A DNA stretch of 64,000 bases from Selaginella moellendorffii (taxonomy: Eukaryota > Plantae > Lycopodiophyta), in contig NW_003314358.1 of NCBI RefSeq assembly GCF_000143415.4, forward strand, positions 258,731 to 322,730, in the 5' to 3' direction. Positions within the stretch are counted from its first letter, which is position 1, and each line of letters starts with the position of its first letter. The notes under the pieces were generated by a model. That model saw only the letters and a list, made by a program, of their open reading frames with translations. It ran no database searches and was not told where the DNA came from. This document shows, one piece after another, positions 37,430-46,465 of the stretch. The translations under genes were made by a program, and so were the position numbers.

Positions 37430-37849
37430 TGCTTTTGACCTAATCGAATATGCTTCGAAAATGAGCAACTTAATGAAGATATTCTTAAAAAATGAATCCA
37501 CTTTTTCTATTTCTTTTAATTTCTATTTATTTTTTTTGTCAGGCAAAATAAGCAAAGATAGCTCTATTGATCCATATAGAACAAACGTCTAATTTCTTTG
37601 CAAGTCAGCCCAGCTGTATGGCTGATGCCAAGATGGGATGTCTCTTTGGATATCTTGTGCGAGGTTTATTGGGTTGTGGATGTTCTAGTCCTGATTATTT
37701 GCTTTGGGACAACTAGGTCTTCGTTTGCTCGTAAAGAAATAACCACCGATACCTATCAAATATCCTTGAGCTTTGTCCTTAAGCTGGCTTTCATCTTTTA
37801 GCATAGAAATTCAGAAATTTTAAAATCCATGGCTCCCTTTAAAACCAAA

Positions 37850-38250
37850 GGAATGGAATCACTTACAAACTTTGGGTTCTGGAAGCTCTGCCAGGCGGAG
37901 CCAGCATACTTTACCACCAAGTTGCATTAAACCACCCTGTCGACCAAACCGGACTCTCCGCTTGGTCATCTCTGTAGAGCACCAAGTTTCCCTCTGCGGT
38001 CAAGCTGAGCATACCACGGCATACAACCTGCGCGCTCTGGTCCTGGGAGAGAGTGCTTGAGACAGTGCTTGCAGGTGGGGAGAAAGCCGGCCACCGAGAG
38101 GAGGAGGAGCAGTCGAGTATCCATGTCGAGCTGAGGGGTGCTGCGTCTAGATTCTGCGTGGAGTGGAGCTGAAAAGTTTGCTGAGCAGATACTTGACCAA
38201 CGCATTTGGCTTGAGGAGCTCGCTAGCTGTCAAAGACATCAGTACTGTTG
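37850..38250 (-). pseudogene. 5' fragment of a G-type lectin RLK (inverted, deleted copy of ~46265-46950)
   Basis: 'AAPLSSTWILD', 'AGFLPTCKHC', and an upstream block CAGTACTGATGTCTT shared with ~46265. Confidence 0.85.
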
Positions 38251-38402
38251 CTAACCTTGTCGAAAAAATAGTTTAGGAACGAAACGTAAGTTCCAGTTCC
38301 TCGTAGAAACAAGCTGGCGACGTGAGACAGAGATTTAACTTTTATGTTACCTGAAGATCTCGTGAAGTTTCCTGGTTCCTAGTTACCAAGGGGAACACAA
38401 AG

Positions 38403-40041
38403 CTACAAAGGAAAGTACCTCCCCAAAGCTTGCAGAAGCCTGGCGCGGTAGTTGCGTGGATGGATGATACAGTGTTCAAGAACACGCTTCCTGATGTCCT
38501 CCTCCGTCATGACGCATCCAAGGAGCTCCCGAATCCAATCCATCACAAGACCTCGGATGATCCGAAAGTTGATTCGAATGTGTCTGTAGGCATTCCTCCG
38601 AGAAAACGTGGTAAGGTAGTCGATTACGGAAACAAATATGTGCTCCTCATCGGTCTGGAAGACTAGAACCGAATAATCAGTGAGGCCCTGTCTCTGCAAA
38701 AAAAAAAAAAAAGCAAAACAGTCGTAAATGAATCAAGCACGGATGTTTTCCAGCTTACCTGGAGGAAGTGCGTGTCCCGCTCAATCAAACAAAACAGCAT
38801 GCGGTGAGAGAAACTTGTCAGCAGCAAAGGCGTTGTGAAATAGGCATCGCTCTCTGGAACACTGTACTTGATGAACCCCTTGAGATCATGGTGTATCGTT
38901 GTGGCTTGAAGAAAGCTCCTGGGAGGATCTGTGGCCTCGATGACAAGGACGTTCAAACGTTCGCTCTCGCTGAAGGTCATCGGTGCGGGCCAGATCTATG
39001 ACACGAAAAGCAATATGAGAAGTGCTTTCGAACTTTTTCAAGTGTTTATACCTCGTAAGCGCCCAGTATTATCGCGAACGATGTCTCCAGCTGCTGGGTG
39101 TACAGGAAGTAATCTTCTGCTATTCGTCGCAGCGCACTCATATCACGGTGAGAAACCAGCTTCACGATGACTCGCTCGCTGGCAGTGGTGAAAAACTTTG
39201 CTCCACTCCTAGAGCTGCCCATCGTCCTCGGGCGTGCGGTGTTCAACGTTTCAACAAACTCCTTGTCATCCTTGAAGCCATGAACTTCCCGTAGAGTGCG
39301 AAACTGTGTGGGAAAGAGAACTGTGACGAATCCATCGATGCCCCCGAACGAGTACTCTGGCTTGTCCCCAGGAACTTGGTGCGTAAGGTACTTCGTGAGA
39401 ACGGGCAGCCACTGCGGTGGGGGAGTCTGAAAACGAAAGTTTACGTGAGCAGTGAGCAGTGAGTGAAGTTCCAAATCAAAGCAAATGTACGCTGGTAGAG
39501 TTCTCGTTCACGATATTCTTCTGAAGGCGCTTCATCGCGCGGATCTGTTTGGGGAACACAGCCGTGACGTTGCCACTGCAATCAGCATAGAAACGAATCC
39601 GCATAGGATCGGCATAAGAAATCACGGGAAAACTTGCAATCTCGATAAGTTAAATCTCGAGAATCCGCGTTAGGACCGGGATAAGAAGCAAGAAACCACT
39701 GGAAAGCTTGGAATCGGGATAAGAAGCAAGAAGTCTGTGGAGAAACAAAGTAGAAACCATGAATCGGGACGGCTCGGGGTCTAGGAAACGAGAAAGCACT
39801 AGAAAGCTTGCAATCGGGACAGGAAACACGAAATCTTTGGAGAGACAAGCGTCGAGAATGCATAATCACCATGAATCGAGAGAGAATCGGCAAGAAAGCT
39901 TGCATACCTCGCCCGAGACGATGGATCATGACAGTATCGCGTAGGCTCCCTGGCCATTGCCGCGTCGAATGCGACGCTGAGCAAGAATGGCTCAATCGCG
40001 ACGCAGACGATCGCCATCGCGCAAACCATCGCCAGCGCCAT
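38403..40041 (-). CDS. Divergent PIP-kinase (PIP5K/PIP4K core)-fold protein with N-terminal signal peptide; 5 exons, 373 aa
   Basis: Exons 40041-39908, 39575-39491, 39426-39052, 38995-38759, 38693-38403 join in frame via GT-AG introns. Motifs: 'FPTQFRTLRE', 'SRSGAKFF', 'VIVK', 'DLKG', 'DTHFLQ', 'TDYSVL', 'VIDYL', 'HPRNYRARL'. Confidence 0.8.
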
Positions 40042-40184
40042 CGCTCCGCAACCAAGGCATGCAAAATAAAACCCAAATTTCAAACGATGGATGGTACAAG
40101 TTAGCGCCAAAGCCCCAAACGTACGAAAATGGGCCAATGCTAAATTAGTGGACGTTTGTTTAGGGTTCTTCGAAAGGGAGAGGG

Positions 40185-41372
40185 ATGGATTCCAAGGCGC
40201 TACACCTTGTGCGCCATGGCCAGGCCTTCCACAACGTCCAAGGTGAAATTCTACTGCAAATGAGGAGCTCCTGGAAGATTTTCCTGGACGGGAGATGCAT
40301 CTTGAGGGCTTTTCGATGTGCTGCATCGTTTCCCCAGCGGCTCCTCTCCTCCCCAGCTGCTGTGATGCCCATTTACTACGAGCACGCCGACGCGAGCCTC
40401 ACGGCTACTGGATGGGAACAAGTAAGTCCTTTCCTTTCCCTTTGCTCCATTCATTTGGTAAATGATCGATCGCTCTCCTTCAAGGCTGAGTTTCTTCACA
40501 GGGAATTCAGGATTTCCGGATTGAGAGATCGAGTGGAGCTTGTTGTGGTGCCGCCCTTGACTCGGTAGTGTGATTTCTCCTCTCCCAGGACGCTCCAAAC
40601 TGCATCTGGGATTTTTGGAGGAGGGAATTTCACTGATACCACTGATCAACTAGCAGCTCCTCTGATGGTAGACAACGTTGGACGGTGTCCACGACCAGCC
40701 ATCTCCAGTGCAAACTCCCCTCCTTTCGTAGCACTGGAGCTTTGCAGGGAGAAATTGGTATGTTGGCTCCCATATTTTTTCTCTCTGTCAATGTAGCTAG
40801 TTGACGCGAAGTTTTGATGAACAGGGTACCATGCCATGCGATCAGTTTCCAGGGATTGACTTTTCGAACGTAAGGATCATTCGACTCGATCGAGTTGTGT
40901 GACTTGATCCAACTCTGTTTCTCTTCTCTATTAGAGCGAACAGGACCAGGACGAGCTGTGGAAGCCTGACAGAAGAGAACTAGAAGAGGAGCTCGACAAA
41001 AGGGCGAGAGCTTTTCTAGAATGGTACGTGAGCAGCCTGCGAAAGCTGTTGTAAGTTTCTGATCAAGCTTGCAGGCTATGGAGTCGTGGAGAGGAGGAGA
41101 TTGCCGTCGTCTCCCACGCAGGCTTTCTGACCAATCTTGTGACAAAGTTTGGCGATGAAGCTGTGAACAAGACAGTGTAAGCGGCGTGTTTGGATGCTAG
41201 ATTTTGCTTGGTACTTACACTTGTGCGATTTAGGTTTGCGAACTGTGAGCTTCGTAGCGTGAGATTGAGGAGTCATCGTAGTTTTGTTCTCGAGACCTTA
41301 GATCTTGGCGTTGTTTTGCTCAGGAAAATAGTCACTGGCTCGGACTATGCATTTGAGTTGACCGCAGCGTGA
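40185..41372 (+). pseudogene. Histidine phosphatase / phosphoglycerate-mutase-like gene, damaged copy
   Basis: LHLVRHGQAFHNV; relative to the 44289-45572 copy it has several deletions (e.g. after GTMPCD) and has lost a GT donor near 41270. Confidence 0.75.
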
Positions 41373-41490
41373 ATCCATCCAAAGTATGGATTCTACAAGA
41401 AAATCTTCTTTTCCTAACTTTATATTGAGAAGCTATGTTTAGCTAGGGAAAAGTTAATTTATTGCTAGGCAAAAAATAATTTAAAATAAA

Positions 41491-43588
41491 TTTAAGGGAG
41501 AGGATATACCTTATCATGTAATAGGTAGAAAATAATTAAAAAGCTTTGCATGTAACAATAATTAGTTTGTTTAATAGTAGTGTTATTCCTACCTATTAAT
41601 TGATCAAATAAAAATTTATAATTTATAAACACAAGATTAATCTTATTGCATATCAATCATTAGATGGTAGAATTAAAAAGAATATACTAGAAAGTGTTTA
41701 AGAACGTTTATAAATTTTAAATACAAAATTAATTTAAATGAATAACAACTGTTAGATAGTAAAATATCCTAAAATATTCAAGCATATTCTAGGTACATCC
41801 ATAGGCTTGCTTAAGCAAACCAAAAATATATAAATACTAGCTAGCTCTATTGGGAGATATAATATACCCAAGATAAATAAATCTTCTTTTATAACTTTAC
41901 AGTGTTAGAAATTTTGAGTGTATAAAAAGTTATATTTATCTAAAATTTTCTATTATTCATCTCTAAAGAAATGCACAATAATGCAATTAGATAATAATGC
42001 AAGTGATTAGATCATTTTTTATCATCATTAATTTTGAATTTAATGTTTTTATTGCCTTTATAAAAAAGGTGCAGAACCCTAAACACATCCATAGGATTGC
42101 TTTAAAAGCAATTAAGTTTTCATAAAACTAAAGAATTATAGACTACCAATAAACAATAGTTTAGTTCAGAGAAATTATAATTTTAATTGCATATTGAGTT
42201 AAATTTTTTTTATCTGAACTGTAATGATGGCTCTAACATTCATAGTTTACTAAATACTAATCAAATTTCCATTATATGTCTGGTTTGAAATTTAGAATCG
42301 TACATAAATAAATCTATTTAGTTTGTTACCACATTTATATTAAACTTCATAAGCTGGCAGTGGAGAATGGTTCTAGATATATTGAGAAAATACAAATTCA
42401 CAAAATCTAAAAAATGCATAATAGTTCTTTGCAACATAATAGATGGTAAGATTCTTTATACATTTTATATATATGAAGCTGAAAGTTTTATTTTATTTGA
42501 GAAAACTCTTGAATTTAAACTTTTTGGGAGGTTATCCAACCCTATACTACTCAAACTTAAAGATGTTTAACCCATGAGTATCTTTATACATTTAACCAAT
42601 TAGAAAAAAATGTGCACATTTCTCTTTATTTTTGAACTTCTATATAATCATTTTTTGAATTGTTCTTTTTTGTTGCATATAACTCACTATACATTTTTGC
42701 AAATTCATGCCCTCATAAATGAAAATTAATAACCATAACTCTCCTATAGTAAGGATTCCTACTCTGCTGGGAATCTATCTTGATTGGCAAACTTATTATT
42801 TTAAATCTGTACAAGGTTAATTTTTTCAAGAATTCTACCATCTATATTCATTGTATTATGCATTTGCTATATCATTATGATTTTATTGTTGGTGGAACTT
42901 AAGATGGTTTGGAATATTTGTCATTTGGATGTCATGCAATGAGAGATAGCAATGAGTAGTTTATTTCAAACATAAACAATTATTAGATTGTCCATACATT
43001 CTATATACTTTATAGACCAGTTTTAAGTCATTTTAAAACCATAGTGTGGAGTCAATTAAATATAAGTATGTAGCATTAAGTGTTTTTCATTTACATTTTG
43101 CTGTTAATTGTGTCAAACTTTTTGCTTATGTATAAAGGACCTAATACACCTACCTTGGCTAAGTAATACACCAATTATAGTACTATAGCATATGGACCAT
43201 CCATTCTTGTATATAAGTAGGGGTTTAAACCCTAATTAATATACCTATTTTTACATCTTGAGCACTCACAAAATAATTTTAAGGGAGAGGATATACCTTA
43301 TCATGGAATAGGTAGAAAATACTTAAATAATTTACTATGTTTTACATGTAACAACGATTGGTTTGTTTAATAGTAATGTTATTCCTACTTATTAATCTAA
43401 TTAATTAAATAAAAATTTGTAATTATAAATATGTTTGTATATTATAAACACAAGATTAATCTTATTGCATATCAACCATTAGATGGTAAAATAAAAAAGA
43501 ATATACTAGAAAGTGCTGAAGAATATTTATAAATTATAAACATGTTTATAAATTATAAATACAATATTAATCTAAATAAAAAACAACC
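41491..43588. repeat. Direct repeat pair (~41491-41748 and ~43278-43588) in an AT-rich spacer
   Basis: Both copies start TTTAAGGGAGAGGATATACCTTATCATG and share CACAAGATTAATCTTATTGCATATCAA…ATATACTAGAAAGTG. Confidence 0.9.
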
Positions 43589-43842
43589 AAAAATATATAA
43601 ATATAAATTTGAAGCTATAAGGAATATACTTTTTTTAGTTTGGTATATATTAATTTATTAGTTTTTCATATTATTATCAGTTATTAGTATATATTAATAT
43701 TAGTTTTTCATCTTTTCAGACTGAAATGGAATCAAATTGCTTTATATGGTCCAAGTACTAATCTTGTATTGATCATTTATACCTTATTATGTTTTTCTTA
43801 TAAAAACGTTTGTAAATTAGGTTTTAAAATCAATTCTTAGAG

Positions 43843-44139
43843 ATGATGGGAGACCACATTAGATGCACGATAGATCTCATGAAAAGGATTAAGAACAATT
43901 CTACAGATGAGATTGTCCTGCGTATTATAAAGATCGATTCTAAACCTAGAGATTTAGCGAGAAGATTCTGTGTAACAAATGAGAAGGAATGCTTGGAACC
44001 ATTTGGTTCTTATCATATGTCAAGTGCCATAGACTCTTGGGATGTCTGTGTAAATAGTCTTGGGAGATTTACTGATTATGGTTTTTGCACAACAAATGGA
44101 AAAGAGTATGTTGTCCCTGTTTACATTTCCATTTTATAA
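43843..44139 (+). CDS. Small Cys-containing ORF of unknown function (possibly the last exon of a secreted protein)
   Basis: 98 aa, 5 Cys, higher GC than its flanks, preceded by a TTCTTAG acceptor-like site. Confidence 0.35.
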   Translation: MMGDHIRCTIDLMKRIKNNSTDEIVLRIIKIDSKPRDLARRFCVTNEKECLEPFGSYHMSSAIDSWDVCVNSLGRFTDYGFCTTNGKEYVVPVYISIL

Positions 44140-44288
44140 CATATTTTGATAGGTCACTCATTGTTTCAGAAGCTAGAAATAGATACGTTTTAAGATTGAC
44201 TAATCGAATAATCGAATCTACTAAATTGCTTCTAGCTTGAAGTAAGAAAAAGAACTCTTTCAGAATCCATGGCTCACTTTGGATGGAT

Positions 44289-45572
44289 TCACGCTGCGGT
44301 CAACTCAAATGCATAGTCCGAGCCCGTGACTATTTTCCTGAGCAAAAAAACGCCAAGATCTAAGGTCTCGAGAACAAAACTACGATGACTCACCTCAATC
44401 TCACGCTACGAAGCTCACAGTTCGCAAACCTAAATCGCACAAGTGTAAGTATCAAGCAAATCTAGCATCCAAACACGCCGCTTACACTGTCTTGTTCACA
44501 GCTTCGTCGCCAAACTTTGTCACAAGGTTGGTCAGAAAGCCTGCGTGGGAGACGACGGCAATCTCCTCCTCTCCACGACTCCATAGCCTGCATGCTTGAT
44601 CAGAAACTTACAACAGCTTTCGCAGACTGCCCACGTACCATTCTAGAAAAGCTCTCGCCCTTTTGTCGAGCTCCTCTTCTGGTTCTCTTCTGTCAGGCTT
44701 CCACAGCTCGTCCTGGTCCTGTTCGATCTGATAGAGAAGAGAAACAGAGTTGGATCAAGTCACACAACTCGATCGAGTCGAATGATCCTTACGTTCGAAA
44801 AGTCAATCCCTGGAAACTGAATTTCGGATTTGCTCCTGGGACTCCTCTGATCGCATGGCATGGTGCCCTGTTCATCAAAACTTCGCGTCAGCTGGCTAGA
44901 TTCACAAAAAAAAGGGAGCCAACATACCAATTTCTCCCTGCAAAGCTCCAGTGCTACGAAAGGAGGGGAGTTTGCACTGGAGATGGCTGGTCGTGGACAC
45001 CGTCCAACGTTGTCTACCATCAGAGGAGCTGCTAGTTGATCAGTGGTATCAGTGAAATTCCCTCCTCCAAAAATCCCAGATGCAGTTTGGAGCGTCCTGG
45101 AAGGCAAACTTAGAAGAGTTCTCGAGAGGAGAAATCACACTACCGAGTCAAGGGCGACACCACAACAAGCTCCACTCGATCTCTCAATCCGGAAATCCTG
45201 AATTCCCTGTGAAGAAACTCAGCCTTGAAGGAGAGCGATCAATCATTTACCAAATGAATGGAGGAAAGGAAAATCGAAATGGTGACTTACTTGTTCCCAG
45301 CCAGTAGCCGTGAGGCTCGCATCGGCGTGCTCGTAGTAAATGGGCATCACAGCAGCTGGGGACGAGGAAGGACGAGGAGGCGCTGGGGAAACGATGCAGC
45401 ACAAGAGAAGCCACAGGCATCGAAAAGCCCTCAAAAAGTGCTTGAGCGTGAGGCGCCGCCATCTCCCGTCCAGGAAAATCTTCCAGGAGCTCCTCATTTG
45501 CAGTAGAATTTCACCCTGGACGTTGTGGAAGGCTTGGCCATGGCGCACAAGGTGTAGCACCTTCGAATCCAT
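44289..45572 (-). CDS. Histidine phosphatase / phosphoglycerate-mutase-like protein (At5g64460-like family)
   Basis: RHG motif; 'DASLTATGWEQ'; 'ELVVVSPLTRTLQTA'; 'ELCREKLGTMPCD'; 'EEEIAVVSHAGFL'; 'FANCELRSV'. Splice sites appear intact. Confidence 0.88.
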
Positions 45573-45714
45573 CCTTTTCTCGAAGAGCCCTAAAAAACGT
45601 CCACTATTTTAGCTCTTTCCGTAGGTCTGGGGTTTTGGCGCCAATTTTAAATTGCCAATCTAGGTTTGATATTTTGCCATTGCCCCGATTCGGGGGCGAT
45701 GGCTATGTCGATGG

Positions 45715-45800
45715 CGCGATGGGGATAAGCTTGGGATTCGATGTGGCAATGGTGAGCCGACGAGATACTGCCGTGATCATGCAAGGTATGCTAGAGAGCT
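45715..45800 (+). pseudogene. Remnant of exon 1 of the PIP-kinase-like gene
   Basis: '…GCGCGATGG…ATTCGATGTGGCAATGG…CGAGATACTGCCGTGATC…AGGTATGC' aligns with the 40041-39902 minus strand. Confidence 0.6.
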
Positions 45801-46465
45801 TTTGTTGTTCTTGCATTGATTCTATTCCGTAAGGTGAAGTGTTTTAGGGGCAATGTGACTGGGATAGTTCCCAAGGACATTAGAGCGATGAAAATCCATC
45901 ACAATATCGTGGAGGGTGTTTAGATGGATTTTCATCCTTCGGATGTCTTTGTTTAGCTTTACCAGCGGATTTACTGTAATTTGGAGCTTCGCACAAGCTT
46001 TGTCATCTGCGAGGTATGGTGAGGTACTTCTTTTGTAGATTTGTGTGCCTGTTGGTACCCACAATTTCAATAGCTTTTTACTCTCTTGAGAGACAGCTAC
46101 GTCTCTATGTCTCACTCACGCACTCTTTTTGCCTGGTGAGCTGAGGAACTTGTGGTAACTATAGTTGGAACTTACGTTTCCAATGGTTTTTGCGGGGGTC
46201 TCTAATGCGTTTGGGTGCTTGAGAACTATTTCTTTCCACAGACGAGGTAAGCATATAGATCTTACAGTACTGATGTCTTCTTTGGGACAGCTAAGGAGCT
46301 CCTCATGCCAGGCCAAGTGGTACTTGCTGCGCTCATTTACATCCAAACTATATGCCTCGGTCGTGAAGAAATATTTCATAGCGCGACTGAAGCACCGATG
46401 CTCGTCCCTTGTCCGGGGGCGCCCGAAAGAAAGAAAGTATCTGCTCAGCACGCTTTTCACGTCCC

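Noticed and set aside
39576-39907. Repeated TCCCGATT(G/C)CAAGCTTTC units with extra AG sites in PIPK-like intron 1, possible hidden exons
   Set aside because: Exon 1 joins exon 2 in frame without them; best explained as intronic tandem duplications
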